From a virus, in the IMG/VR virus record IMGVR_UViG_3300045988_058281, positions 1 through 58,277 of that record: a stretch of 58,277 nucleotides of DNA; one strand, 5' to 3'. The notes below the pieces were generated by a model that ran no database searches, was not told the DNA's origin, and saw nothing but the letters and a program-made list of their open reading frames with translations. Made by a program: the position numbers and the translations under genes. Each line of letters opens with the position of its first letter. Position 1 is the first letter of the stretch. Below, piece by piece: positions 33,777-42,704 of this stretch.

Positions 33777-34231
33777 TGACGAATCAGGAACTCATTCTGG
33801 GCGTAATGCGCGCCCAGGGCAAGGCCGACGCACTGGATCTCCGCGCCCGAGCGCCGGAGCTGGACGGAACGGCCATTATCGCAGAGGAGGCCAAGGTGCC
33901 GCAGTTCGACGGCACGAAGGATTACTCCGGCTGGGCCATCGGCTCCCCCGTGTGGGAGGAGGTCAACGGAGAGCGGCAGGTATTCACCCTGCTCCAGCCC
34001 CACAACGCCAGCCACTACCCCGGGAGCACCCCGTCCAATACGCCGGCGCTGTGGTCGATCCGACACACCAAAGACCCCTCTAAGGCAAAGGAGTGGCTGG
34101 CACCCAACGGCACCAGTGGCATGTACATGTCTGGGGAGTGCTGCGTGGACGGCGGCGTGGTATATCGATGCCTGACGGACAACACCGTACATAGTCCAAC
34201 AGATTACCCGCAGGCGTGGGAAAGGGTATAA
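33773..34231 (+). CDS. hypothetical protein with carbohydrate-binding-like C-terminus
   Basis: ATGATGA overlap with the upstream stop. The C-terminus CCVDGGVVYRCLTDNTVHSPTDYPQAW resembles CBM5/12-type motifs. Confidence 0.5.
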   Translation: MMTNQELILGVMRAQGKADALDLRARAPELDGTAIIAEEAKVPQFDGTKDYSGWAIGSPVWEEVNGERQVFTLLQPHNASHYPGSTPSNTPALWSIRHTKDPSKAKEWLAPNGTSGMYMSGECCVDGGVVYRCLTDNTVHSPTDYPQAWERV

Positions 34232-34376
34232 AAAATCCCCCTGTAGGAGCTTAACTACAGGGGGGCGCATCCGATTGTCGAAAAAAGGGGGTAACCTTTT
34301 CAGAGTTGGTCGGATGTGGCGTCATTATAGCACATCAAAAGAGGGCCCGCAAGAGGAGAGCAAAAATTTTGTCGAA

Positions 34377-34724
34377 ATGGAGGTCAATACTTACCTGATG
34401 GATGATAAATGCTTGATTGACCCACAGAGGGATTGCCTTGGACTCCAAAAGGCAAACATGCTGGAGCGGCAGATGGAGAAAATGCAGGAGCAGGCAAGAG
34501 ATACCCACAATAAGCTGTTTGACCGAATAAGAGACCTGGAAAAAGCGGAAGCAGCCAGGAACGAGCAGTACGAGAACATCATGGGGAAACTGGACAAGTT
34601 GATCGCTTGGCAGGAGGCAGAACAAGCGGCCCCAAAGAAGAGATGGGATTCCATCAAGGATAAGGCCATCTGGGCTGTATTGGCCGCAGTGATTGCTTTC
34701 CTGCTGGGAAGGATCGGCCTATGA
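34377..34724 (+). CDS. XhlA-like coiled-coil protein with C-terminal TM (lysis-associated)
   Basis: Coiled coil plus IWAVLAAVIAFLLGRIGL. Start is uncertain (34275, 34377 or 34398). Confidence 0.5.
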   Translation: MEVNTYLMDDKCLIDPQRDCLGLQKANMLERQMEKMQEQARDTHNKLFDRIRDLEKAEAARNEQYENIMGKLDKLIAWQEAEQAAPKKRWDSIKDKAIWAVLAAVIAFLLGRIGL

Positions 34725-35062
34725 GCACGCAGATGATCCTGGCCGTTGTAGCGGCGTTCTCGCTGGCCTGCGTGTTCTGTCTGGGGCTGTGGTGGCTGTC
34801 CACCCACCGGTCCAAAAGGGGGTGCATGGAGACCATGAAAGCCGCCGTCTGGCTGTGCCTGTTCAATGGCTGCGCCTGGGTGTGGTGCTCCTATCTGCTG
34901 GCCTATCTGGGCCGTGAGCAGATCGCAGAACAGCTATCCGGGAAAGCTGTCACAGAGATCATTGCCGTGATCCTGGCTTATGCCATCAAATCACTGGTGG
35001 AGAATCTGAGCAAGAATAATAATTGGCCCGATAAGGCCAGAAAGGATGAAAAAGATGCCTGA
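34721..35062 (+). CDS. holin-like membrane protein (3 TM)
   Basis: 113 aa, three hydrophobic segments and a charged C-terminal tail. Upstream of the endolysin. Confidence 0.6.
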   Translation: MSTQMILAVVAAFSLACVFCLGLWWLSTHRSKRGCMETMKAAVWLCLFNGCAWVWCSYLLAYLGREQIAEQLSGKAVTEIIAVILAYAIKSLVENLSKNNNWPDKARKDEKDA

Positions 35063-35330
35063 ATCTATTTTGAAGCGTTTAGCTGCCCTAATGTCCGTCA
35101 AGTCCGTGGTCACGCTGGTCTTGACCGGTGTGTTCGCCTATCTGGCCGTCACCGGACAGATCGCCCAGGACTTCATGACCGTCTATGCGGTGGTCATTGC
35201 CTTCTATTTCGGGACCCAGTCCCAGAAGGTGCAGGATGTGTTGACAGATAGAACGGACGATAGCCCTACGACCATCACAAACTACTACCAGCTTCCCACT
35301 GAGGAGGGAGAAAATGTCGACAGAAAATGA
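35046..35330 (+). CDS. holin (2 TM)
   Basis: 94 aa. VVTLVLTGVFAYLAV...VYAVVIAFYFG. Adjacent to the endolysin. Confidence 0.6.
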   Translation: MKKMPESILKRLAALMSVKSVVTLVLTGVFAYLAVTGQIAQDFMTVYAVVIAFYFGTQSQKVQDVLTDRTDDSPTTITNYYQLPTEEGENVDRK

Positions 35331-35976
35331 TATTCTGGAGATCGCCCGGTCGCAGATTGGGACCAAAGAATCCCCGGCCAAAAGTGATAATGTGAAATAC
35401 AACACTGCCTACTATGGCAGGGAGGTATCCGATGGCAAACACCCCTGGTGTGCCGTGTTCGTCTGGTGGGTGTTCCGGGAGGCCGGGGCTCCCGAGTTGT
35501 ACTACGGCGGCGGAGAGACCGCCTACTGTCCCACGCTGATGTCCTTCCACAAGAATCAGAAGGTGACTGACTACCGGCCAGGAGACATCGTGTTCTTCAA
35601 CTTCTCCGGCAGAAGCTCCGCCGGACATGTTGGCATCTGTGAGAGCTGGGACGGGACCTACATCACCACCATTGACGGCAACACCGGAAGTGCCAGTGAG
35701 GACAACGGCGGTGCAGTACTGCGCCGCCGGAGACACAAGAAATTCATTGTGGGCGCATATCGCCCCGAATATCAGGAGGATGATGATATGACTCAGGATC
35801 AGTTTGATGCAATGATGGAAAACTGGATGTCCAGGCAGGCCAAGAAGAAACCGACCCAGCAGTGGGAAATTGAAGGGCTGGAAAGAGTGGTTAAGGCTGG
35901 CGTTACAGATGGGTCCAGGCCCATGGGTTTGTGTACTCGACTGGAGGCTGCTATGATGGCGGCTGCAAATAAGTAA
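35314..35976 (+). CDS. endolysin, CHAP-domain peptidase
   Basis: PWCAVFVWWVF (catalytic Cys) and AGHVGICES (His) motifs. Confidence 0.85.
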   Translation: MSTENDILEIARSQIGTKESPAKSDNVKYNTAYYGREVSDGKHPWCAVFVWWVFREAGAPELYYGGGETAYCPTLMSFHKNQKVTDYRPGDIVFFNFSGRSSAGHVGICESWDGTYITTIDGNTGSASEDNGGAVLRRRRHKKFIVGAYRPEYQEDDDMTQDQFDAMMENWMSRQAKKKPTQQWEIEGLERVVKAGVTDGSRPMGLCTRLEAAMMAAANK

Positions 35977-35991
35977 TAAGGACGTGACCAA

Positions 35992-36252
35992 ATGAGTGCA
36001 AGAGTAAAACTTCCAGAACCGTTGGACAGGCTCTTGCGCTCAGAGCTTAAAATAGCAATCGAGGAAGCTGCGCTTCATCGTGACGATGACATCATCGCCA
36101 GAAGGTATATCATTGAGAAGATGCCACAGGCAGATATAGCGGCTGAGTTGGGCTGGGATAGGTCAACAGTGTCTCACCACCTTTCGTACATAATGGATGA
36201 AGTGAAGCGGTCCGCAAGTAGAATTGCACAAAAAGAAGGAGTCGGGAATTGA
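35992..36252 (+). CDS. sigma-70 region-4-like HTH protein
   Basis: 86 aa. IIARRYIIEKMPQADIAAELGWDRSTVSHHL. Confidence 0.6.
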   Translation: MSARVKLPEPLDRLLRSELKIAIEEAALHRDDDIIARRYIIEKMPQADIAAELGWDRSTVSHHLSYIMDEVKRSASRIAQKEGVGN

Positions 36253-36266
36253 CCCGGCTCCTTTTT
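36238..36266 (+). terminator. intrinsic terminator ending the late region
   Basis: GGAGTCGGG pairs with CCCGGCTCC, followed by TTTTT. Overlaps the locus 3 promoter. Confidence 0.7.
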
Positions 36267-36277
36267 ATTGGTATAAT
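36249..36277 (+). promoter_or_regulatory. sigma-A promoter of toxin locus 3
   Basis: TTGACC (36249..36254), 17 nt, TATAAT (36272..36277). 6 nt further downstream is GTGGAAACCC. Confidence 0.7.
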
Positions 36278-36432
36278 TCGGCTGTGGAAACCCACCGTCT
36301 ACTGTCGAGTTTTATCCGCCTTTGTAGATGGTGTGCGGTTAAAAAAGACGGTTGCCTGACCATCCCGCGAGAGCGGAAAGGAAGGCGAAATATGTAGCCT
36401 CGCGGGAAATAATTCCTCGGGAGGTGATACAT

Positions 36433-36531
36433 ATTACTTTGACTTTCACCTTTGCAGTTTTGGGTGCCATTGGCTCCATTGCAAGCATTGTGTCCCTCGT
36501 GCTCTATGTGCGCGATAGAAAGAAGAAGTGA
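36433..36531 (+). CDS. 32-aa hydrophobic Lys-tailed peptide, locus 3 (no AUG; putative AUU start)
   Basis: ITLTFTFAVLGAIGSIASIVSLVLYVRDRKKK. ATT lies 8 nt after GGAGG. The alternative GTG at 36424 overlaps the RBS. Confidence 0.5.
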   Translation: MTLTFTFAVLGAIGSIASIVSLVLYVRDRKKK

Positions 36532-36625
36532 GCCGTCTGCTGCAACAGAACGGCTCATGGATGTTTGAGGGCTAAGCCCTCGGCCCTGTAAGTCTTATGT
36601 ATGTGGCAACCGTCTGGGTTTCCAC
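36517..36625 (-). ncRNA. candidate antisense (antitoxin) RNA of locus 3
   Basis: Minus-strand promoter is TTGACA (36659..36654), 16 nt, TATAAT (36637..36632). Terminator hairpin at 36556..36530, with a U-tract templated by the Lys codons. Confidence 0.55.
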
Positions 36626-36860
36626 ACTTTTATTATACCCCAAAGAAAACGAATGTCAACTATGCAGAGTAACGAAGTTACGTCGTTACGTATTTCACAT
36701 AAATCCCACATAACTCCCACACAACTCCCGCATGGATGCCACCCATGCGGGCTTATTCTATGCGACAATATATCCATGGAGGACGTGGGGATCAAGGGTT
36801 GGTACACGTCGCCGCCCTCCTCACGGACTCCATTATTTTTATACAAAGGACGTGTGATAT

Positions 36861-37022
36861 ATGACCCCGGTAGAAAGGCTGGTGGCCGCCGGCATCCGAC
36901 CGGACTGTGCCGCCGAGAGTGTGATGTGGTATCAGGCCCAGGGGGATGACTATGGGCTCCAAAAATACTTGGATGAAGTAGAAGCGAGGAAGGAGGCGCT
37001 GGACAATGGCCGGATTTCCTAA
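36861..37022 (+). CDS. small hypothetical protein (53 aa)
   Basis: MTPVERLVAAGIRPDCAAESVMWYQAQGDDYGLQKYLDEVEARKEALDNGRIS. Below the track size cut-off. Weak AAGGA RBS. Confidence 0.35.
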   Translation: MTPVERLVAAGIRPDCAAESVMWYQAQGDDYGLQKYLDEVEARKEALDNGRIS

Positions 37023-37497
37023 TTATACATACCCCGCTTATGGCGGATACAACCCAGTAACTCCGTTTGCGCCCGCTCCACAGATCTACCAGCCTATGCA
37101 GCAGCCCTCTCCGCAACCCGTACAGGCCGCACAGACGGTTGGGAATACAAACACACAGCCTAACTTTTTCTGCCGTCCTGTGGCCTCCAGAGAGGAGGCG
37201 CTTGGGGTCCCGGTAGACTTTATGGGTGCTCCAATGTTCTTCCCGGACCTAGCCCATAATGTGGTCTACATGAAACGATTCAACACCAACACCGGCGCGG
37301 CGGATGTGTTTGAGTTCCACAGCCAGCAGCAGGCAAGGGAACAGCCGGCGGAGAATGTTGCCCCTGCTTTCGCGCCTCTGGATGAATTTATGGACATGAA
37401 AGATACCATCAACAATCTGAAAGACGAGATAGAGCGGCTGAAAAAGCCTGTTTCCAGCGGAAAGGCGGGGAAAAAGAATGATGCCTCCGATGAATAA
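37006..37497 (+). CDS. cargo protein A: Pro/Gln/Tyr-rich N-terminus, globular core, coiled C-terminus
   Basis: 163-aa ORF. FFCRPVASREEALGVPVDFMGAPMFFPD core. No family recognised. Confidence 0.6.
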   Translation: MAGFPNYTYPAYGGYNPVTPFAPAPQIYQPMQQPSPQPVQAAQTVGNTNTQPNFFCRPVASREEALGVPVDFMGAPMFFPDLAHNVVYMKRFNTNTGAADVFEFHSQQQAREQPAENVAPAFAPLDEFMDMKDTINNLKDEIERLKKPVSSGKAGKKNDASDE

Positions 37498-37714
37498 TCC
37501 CATGATGGCCATGCTCCAAATGGCGCGGAACGGCGGAAATCCTATGCAAATGCTCCAGCAAATGGCCGGGCAAAACCCACAGGCCGCCCAGGCTATGCGG
37601 CTCATCCAGGGAAAAAACCCGCAGCAGCTCCGCCAAACTGCGGAGAACATGGCAAAGCAGAGAGGGACCTCAGTTGAGGAGATTGCAAGACAACTTGGGC
37701 TTCCGATGAAATAA
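37478..37714 (+). CDS. cargo protein B: Met/Gln/Asn/Pro-rich small protein
   Basis: 78-aa ORF, MMPPMNNPMMAMLQMARNGGNPMQMLQQMAGQNPQ... Confidence 0.5.
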   Translation: MMPPMNNPMMAMLQMARNGGNPMQMLQQMAGQNPQAAQAMRLIQGKNPQQLRQTAENMAKQRGTSVEEIARQLGLPMK

Positions 37715-37820
37715 AATAGCGCACTCTTTATCAGTTTTCGGGTCTTGATAAAAACCGCTCTTTGGAAACATCCGGGGAGCGTACGGCCCCGATGTAATAA
37801 CTGATAAAGGAGTATATACA

Positions 37821-38582
37821 ATGGATAACGATTTTGCGACTGGCTATGCGCTGGGCAGCGATTCCAACGGCGGAAACTGTAACAACGGCGGCTTCTGGGG
37901 CGGTGACGGCTGGTGGGCTATCATCATCTTTGCCATGATCTTCGGCTGGGGCCGCGGTGGTTTCGGCGGCTTCGGTGGTGGCGGTGCCAGCACTGATCCC
38001 GGACTCCAGGGCCTCGCCACCCGCGCAGATGTAAACGAGGCCATTGCCTTCAACGGTGTGGAGCGCGGCATCTCTGCTATCCAGCAGGGCATTTGCGATA
38101 GTACCTATGCCCTGAACAACAGCATCACCAGCGGCTTCAACAACACCAATGTGGCTCTGCTTCAGGGCTTCAACGGTGTCCAGTCTCAGATGTGCAACAT
38201 GGCCGCTCAGGCTCAGGATTGCTGCTGCCAGACCCAGCGGGCCATCGATGGTGTGAATTACAACATGGCGACCAATACCTGCGCCATCCAGAACACCATC
38301 CAGGGCAGCACCCGCGATATCCTGGAGAATAACAACTCCAACACCCGCGCCATTCTGGACTTCCTGACTCAGAGCAAGATCGATTCCCTCCAGGCGGAGA
38401 ATCAGTCTCTGAAGCTGGCTGCCTCCCAGGCCAACCAGAACAGCTACCTGACCGCTACTCTGGATGCCCAGACCTCTGAGCTGATCCGCCGGATCAACCC
38501 CATGCCCGTGCCCGCCTATCAGGTGCCCGCCCCTTATCCCTACTGCGGGGCCTATAACAACGGCTGCGGCTGTGGCTGCTAA
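37821..38582 (+). CDS. cargo protein C: Gly-rich single-TM protein, Gln/Asn-rich domain, Cys-rich tail
   Basis: 253 aa. WWAIIIFAMIFGWGRGGFGGFGGGG, a CCC triplet, and the C-terminus CGAYNNGCGCGC. Confidence 0.65.
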   Translation: MDNDFATGYALGSDSNGGNCNNGGFWGGDGWWAIIIFAMIFGWGRGGFGGFGGGGASTDPGLQGLATRADVNEAIAFNGVERGISAIQQGICDSTYALNNSITSGFNNTNVALLQGFNGVQSQMCNMAAQAQDCCCQTQRAIDGVNYNMATNTCAIQNTIQGSTRDILENNNSNTRAILDFLTQSKIDSLQAENQSLKLAASQANQNSYLTATLDAQTSELIRRINPMPVPAYQVPAPYPYCGAYNNGCGCGC

Positions 38583-38685
38583 ATTGCATCAAAATCGAGG
38601 CAATTAAATTTCCGGCTCTGCCGTGACTACTTCGGGGCGGTGGGCTGAGTGTCTGCCGCCCCTGATTTTTTGGAGGTAAACCTAT

Positions 38686-38907
38686 ATGCACACTATTGAT
38701 GAAGTAAAACAAGAACTCATTGAGCACCTCTATAGCCTAGATAAAACGAAAATGAGTGTTTCAGAGCTGCGGACTTATGCTGATACCGTTCAGGTGGCCT
38801 GCAATATCGCTAAATCAGACAAAGACGATATGTTTTTGGAAATATTCAAGACAATCAATTCTGGTGCTGGATTCAACCGGGCTGCCGCAACAAAGGAGGA
38901 TGGCTGA
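38686..38907 (+). CDS. cargo protein D (hypothetical)
   Basis: 73-aa ORF. RBS GGAGGTAAACC. Confidence 0.5.
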   Translation: MHTIDEVKQELIEHLYSLDKTKMSVSELRTYADTVQVACNIAKSDKDDMFLEIFKTINSGAGFNRAAATKEDG

Positions 38908-38909
38908 CC

Positions 38910-39305
38910 ATGGCATGTAAACCTGTATGCAGACTTTGCGACCGGCTCGTGCTTTCTCAGGCGGTCGCCTTTACCGGCGGGAACCTGGAGATCAACCTGC
39001 CTGCTGGAGCCTACAAAAACGGAGAGAAGTATTGCGTGGTCGTGGCTCAGGCCATCCCCGACACCACCACCATCAATGCTCCGGTGTATTTTACCATCGG
39101 GACCGGAACCACTCTCTATCCCATGACGAAGCGGAATTGCGCTCAGGTCACCGCCTGCGGCATCCGTACCCGGACCAAATACTCTTTCTGTGTCGTGACC
39201 ACCCCCACCGGCGGCTCGTTCCGTATGCTGGGCACTCCCTGCTGCTCCCCCAGCAACAACCTCACCAGCATTGACGGGGGCGCTGCTCCCGCCCCTACGG
39301 CGTAA
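38910..39305 (+). CDS. cargo protein E: Cys-rich (10 Cys) small protein
   Basis: 131-aa ORF, MACKPVCRLCDR...CCSPSNN. Confidence 0.6.
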   Translation: MACKPVCRLCDRLVLSQAVAFTGGNLEINLPAGAYKNGEKYCVVVAQAIPDTTTINAPVYFTIGTGTTLYPMTKRNCAQVTACGIRTRTKYSFCVVTTPTGGSFRMLGTPCCSPSNNLTSIDGGAAPAPTA

Positions 39306-39317
39306 GGAGGGATCAAG

Positions 39318-40100
39318 ATGAAACGATCCACACGGATGATGCTCATGTCCAGTGGCAGCAATCGCCGCTACAACGACGGACGGAGCTATGATAATTATGA
39401 TGTCGATGATAAATTCCGTGACCGCCGTGGCCGGGAGCATTATGACAACGGTCGATATGCGCCCCGTTCTGAGATGATGGAACCGGAGGACCGGGGATAT
39501 CGTCGATACTCCGATGGCCGTTTTGCTCCCCGTAATGATGGCGGGATGTGGGTAGAGAGTAACTATTGGGATGACCGTATGACCGGCCCTCAGTCCCACT
39601 ACCCATACTATATGCCTCCGGCCTATACTGATAGACGGGAGATGACTAGGCCCATGAATAAGATCGGATTCGCCATTTCCGGTGAGGGTGAAATGAAGAC
39701 CCCCAGGGAGTTTGAGCACGACTACCGAATGAACGAAATGGAATACCGGAGAGGTGGAGAGCGAATGAGTGGCTATGGAGCCGCTTCCGGGCACATGCCC
39801 TTCGACCGCCGTATGGCGGAGGAATGGACTGCCAATATGGAAAATGAGGACGGCACAAAGGGGCCTCATTGGTCCTTTGAGCAGGCCAAGCAGGTTATGG
39901 CCCAGCGCGGGATCGAGTGCGACCCTGCGGAGTTCTGGGCGGCCCTCAACATGATCTACAGCGATTATGTCAAGGTCGCCAAAAAGTTCAACGTGGGGAG
40001 CAATATCGACTTCTACGTGGACATGGCGAAAGCGTTTCTGGACGACAAGGACGCCGGACCGGACAAGCTCGCCAAGTATTATCAATACGTCGTGAGATGA
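39318..40100 (+). CDS. cargo protein F: Arg/Tyr/Asp-rich low-complexity N-terminus plus globular C-terminal domain
   Basis: 260 aa. TAAGGAGGGA RBS. C-terminus HWSFEQAKQVMAQRGIECDPAEFWAALNMIYSDY. Confidence 0.65.
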   Translation: MKRSTRMMLMSSGSNRRYNDGRSYDNYDVDDKFRDRRGREHYDNGRYAPRSEMMEPEDRGYRRYSDGRFAPRNDGGMWVESNYWDDRMTGPQSHYPYYMPPAYTDRREMTRPMNKIGFAISGEGEMKTPREFEHDYRMNEMEYRRGGERMSGYGAASGHMPFDRRMAEEWTANMENEDGTKGPHWSFEQAKQVMAQRGIECDPAEFWAALNMIYSDYVKVAKKFNVGSNIDFYVDMAKAFLDDKDAGPDKLAKYYQYVVR

Positions 40101-40103
40101 CAG

Positions 40104-40129
40104 ATCCGCCCTCAGAAATGGGGGCGGAT
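40104..40129 (+). terminator. stem-loop after the cargo module
   Basis: ATCCGCCC pairs with GGGCGGAT. The U-tract is weak. Confidence 0.45.
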
Positions 40130-40144
40130 TCATTCTGCAATAGA
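40123..40144 (+). repeat. direct repeat 1 flanking the attP core
   Basis: TTCTGCAATAGATTAGCAATAG matches 40325..40346 at 21 of 22 positions. Confidence 0.85.
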
Positions 40145-40238
40145 TTAGCAATAGACAAAATTTTTGGGACACTTTCAAAAATTTATCAAACGAAAAAGTG
40201 ATGGAAACTAGCCAATCAAGCCAAAATCCATCACTTTT

Positions 40239-40288
40239 TGGTGGAGATAAGCGGGATCGAACCGCTGACCTCTTGAATGCCATTCAAA
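40239..40288 (-). other. 3' fragment of a tRNA gene (candidate attP core)
   Basis: Minus strand carries an anticodon arm (loop ATGGCAT, GGC = Ala if intact), the T arm AGCGG-TTCGATC-CCGCT, and acceptor 3' strand TATCTCC-A-CCA. The 5' acceptor strand and D arm are absent. Confidence 0.7.
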
Positions 40289-40324
40289 GAAAAATCCAGT
40301 AATATCAATACTTTCCGGGATTTT

Positions 40325-40346
40325 TTCTGCAATAGATTAGTAATAG
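40325..40346 (+). repeat. direct repeat 2 flanking the attP core
   Basis: TTCTGCAATAGATTAGTAATAG. Abuts the integrase 3' end. Confidence 0.85.
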
Positions 40347-40347
40347 G

Positions 40348-41481
40348 CTAAATTGCATCAGTCACCTTTCTGAGGTCTTCAAAGGAGACATCTTGATAAT
40401 GTCGGAGCATTTCGGGGGAGGTGTGGCCCATCAATTCCAGCTTGTCCTTATCGGAGCCAGCCACCCGCTTCATCATCGTTGCAAAGGTGTGGCGGCAGCT
40501 GTGTGGAGTGTATTTCCTCCTCTTGACACCATCGACCTCTAGTATTGGATTGTCGATCCCGCAATTATCCAGAACAGAATAAAAGAGAGACCGATATGAG
40601 GCTATACTCATTTGGCTACCATCGGAAGAGCAGAAGACCGGACCAGAGAGCTTGTCTTTTGTAAGTCGGTCCACAATAGGCTGGATCTTCGGAGATACTG
40701 TGACGATACGGTCCTTTCCGGCGTCTGTTTTTGCACCACCAATAAATGCACGTTCTTTTCGATTATAGTTGATGGCGTCCAATGCAAGAAACTCAGATGG
40801 ACGGAATCCTAAATAACACTGACATAGAACATAGTCCGCACCTACGACCGATGAGATATGAGCCTCTATGGACCTGACAGCAGCCTCAGGTAGTGCATCC
40901 TTTCCAGAACCAGCCTCTCCCCCAACGATCAGATACTGGCCCATATTGATTTTTGCCATATTGCGCGGGATCGCATACTTATAGATAAGCCCGGCCAGAG
41001 CTTTCATATTTTCCTGCGTTCGCTTTCCCTTCCCACAGGAGTCTAAACACTCCTGAAGATCATCCACTGTAATGTCTGCCAGCTTCTGATGCCAAATGGG
41101 CCTGAAATACTTTTTAGCAGCCCGGTAGCAGTCCATTGTTGACTTTCCGGCTCGGTGGGTCGGCTCCCACGAATCATAGAGTTCGATGAAAGTGGTGGGA
41201 CGTGTTTTGTCTTCTCGCCCAACCAATGGAAGATACTCCACAGCCTCTTTTTTCGTCCTGAATCCAGATTTTGAGCGGGTGATCCTCCGCATAGTTCCAT
41301 CTGCTGCGGGCTCATAGCCGATGGTCCTTACGGCGATCCACTTTTTGTTGGGAAGCTGATACACGGAGCCCTGACCATTTCCGCGGCCTTTTGGATTTTG
41401 CCTGATATTTTGTGCAACTCCGCAGAGCATACAGAACCGGCTTCCATCTGGTATTTCTCCCCTGCATTTTCTGCATTTCAT
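40348..41481 (-). CDS. int: tyrosine integrase with N-terminal zinc ribbon
   Basis: Start MKCRKCRGEIPDGSRFCMLCG with an AGGAGGGAAA RBS. C-terminal HSCRHTFAT...LMGHTS...RHY catalytic motifs. Confidence 0.9.
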   Translation of the reverse strand: MKCRKCRGEIPDGSRFCMLCGVAQNIRQNPKGRGNGQGSVYQLPNKKWIAVRTIGYEPAADGTMRRITRSKSGFRTKKEAVEYLPLVGREDKTRPTTFIELYDSWEPTHRAGKSTMDCYRAAKKYFRPIWHQKLADITVDDLQECLDSCGKGKRTQENMKALAGLIYKYAIPRNMAKINMGQYLIVGGEAGSGKDALPEAAVRSIEAHISSVVGADYVLCQCYLGFRPSEFLALDAINYNRKERAFIGGAKTDAGKDRIVTVSPKIQPIVDRLTKDKLSGPVFCSSDGSQMSIASYRSLFYSVLDNCGIDNPILEVDGVKRRKYTPHSCRHTFATMMKRVAGSDKDKLELMGHTSPEMLRHYQDVSFEDLRKVTDAI

Positions 41482-41582
41482 TGACAGTTTCCCTCCTATC
41501 ATGTAAAATAGAAGGGCAGATCGCCGACCATAGCTTCTGCCCCCCTTCCCTGCCCGGTGTTGGTAGCGCCGGGTGGGGATTT

Positions 41583-42407
41583 TTATTTATCAAGTTCCTT
41601 TATGTCTTTTGCTGTATGCTTGGAAATTGCAGATTTCCCTGTTTTCTCCTCTAGTTCTTGCCGGGCGTTTTTGGCGATGGCACCACCTTGTTGTGCAACC
41701 TTTTTGCTTGGCTCGAGTCCTTGTGGGTTGGTAGCTCTTGAAATTTCGGTTGTGGATACTTCCGCAAGCATATTAAGGACTAATTCAGTATTTGTCATAT
41801 TGTCTCGGAGGCTTTCCTTTTTCAGTCCCTTGTATGCTTTATATTCCCCTGTAGTCATTCCAGCCCATGCTTTTGTTAATTCGTTGGTGAGAATTGCATA
41901 CTCTAAGTCTTTAATCCCGGCCCGGTCCCACTCATCGGTAAGCTCCTTGCGAAATTCAATAGATTTAAGACGTTGTGTGATCCATTTGTCGGAATACCCT
42001 TTTTTCTTGTAATTATAAAGGGCCCTTTGAATTGCCAATTCAGGATCAGCGGTTTCATCCAACCGTTGGCTACCTACCATGGCAAGCCACTGCTTAAAGG
42101 GTTCAGCTTTCGGAGACGGAATGGATTGAATCAGGCGGAGTAGTTGAGTGGTATCCGCCACATCCGTCAACCGCATTTTCCCATCGGCACCTGGCATTTT
42201 CAACTGTCCGATTTTTTCGGACAGTTCACTACCTTCAACTTGAAGTTTCTTTTTCAAGTCATTCCAGTATTTTCTTGGCCTATCGGTTTCAGCCAAAACA
42301 GCACAAGTATCGACAATGGAAAAATACCATTCCTCTTTTTCAGAATCCCAAGCTGTTCTGATTTCCTTACTTTCAAACAACTTGATTGCTGTCTTTTTAT
42401 CTCCCAT
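41583..42407 (-). CDS. BRO-N/DinD-like DNA-binding protein
   Basis: 274 aa. EWYFSIVDTCAVL...IPSPKAEPFKQWLAMVG motif. Confidence 0.65.
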   Translation of the reverse strand: MGDKKTAIKLFESKEIRTAWDSEKEEWYFSIVDTCAVLAETDRPRKYWNDLKKKLQVEGSELSEKIGQLKMPGADGKMRLTDVADTTQLLRLIQSIPSPKAEPFKQWLAMVGSQRLDETADPELAIQRALYNYKKKGYSDKWITQRLKSIEFRKELTDEWDRAGIKDLEYAILTNELTKAWAGMTTGEYKAYKGLKKESLRDNMTNTELVLNMLAEVSTTEISRATNPQGLEPSKKVAQQGGAIAKNARQELEEKTGKSAISKHTAKDIKELDK

Positions 42408-42455
42408 ACAATTATCCTTTCTAGTTTCTCATCCTCGCCCACTCGGGCGGGGCTT

Positions 42456-42704
42456 TTATTTCCCCCAAAACCCAAACAGCCCCTTCCTCCTCTTCTCTCT
42501 CCTGTCCAGCTCTTCGTTGATCTGCTCAGTCTGCTGGATGATATGCCGCAGACCCTCCTCTGACATTCCCTTCCGGTGCGCCTGGGCGTACATCAGAAAC
42601 GCACGAGCTTCAGCGCAGAACGAGTCATCGTCAAGGGACTTGATGCGCTCTACCGTCCATGAGGTGATATTTTCGGGGTTGAGATGGTTCATAGACATCT
42701 TCAC
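42456..42704 (-). CDS. hypothetical protein
   Basis: 82-aa ORF in the lysogeny-strand operon. Confidence 0.5.
   Translation of the reverse strand: MKMSMNHLNPENITSWTVERIKSLDDDSFCAEARAFLMYAQAHRKGMSEEGLRHIIQQTEQINEELDRREKRRKGLFGFWGK

Larger units (their letters stand above)
36284..36636 (+). other. structured fold-back mRNA of toxin locus 3
   Basis: GTGGAAACCC (36284..36293) pairs with GGGTTTCCAC (36616..36625). GACGGTTGCC (36347..36356) pairs with GGCAACCGTC (36605..36614). The leader is conserved with locus 2. Confidence 0.65.

Noticed and set aside
36653-36949. 98-aa plus-strand ORF after toxin locus 3
   Set aside because: It crosses a perfect 9-bp hairpin (CCCGCATGG/CCATGCGGG, roughly 36727..36751). 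It lacks an RBS and overlaps a better small ORF (36861..37022) in another frame.
38790-40283. 497-aa minus-strand ORF, the longest ORF in this region
   Set aside because: It is antisense to four well-formed plus-strand ORFs that have RBSs. Its composition is Arg/Gly/His/Pro-rich with no RBS. Its 5' end runs through a tRNA fragment. This is a typical shadow ORF in GC-rich coding DNA.
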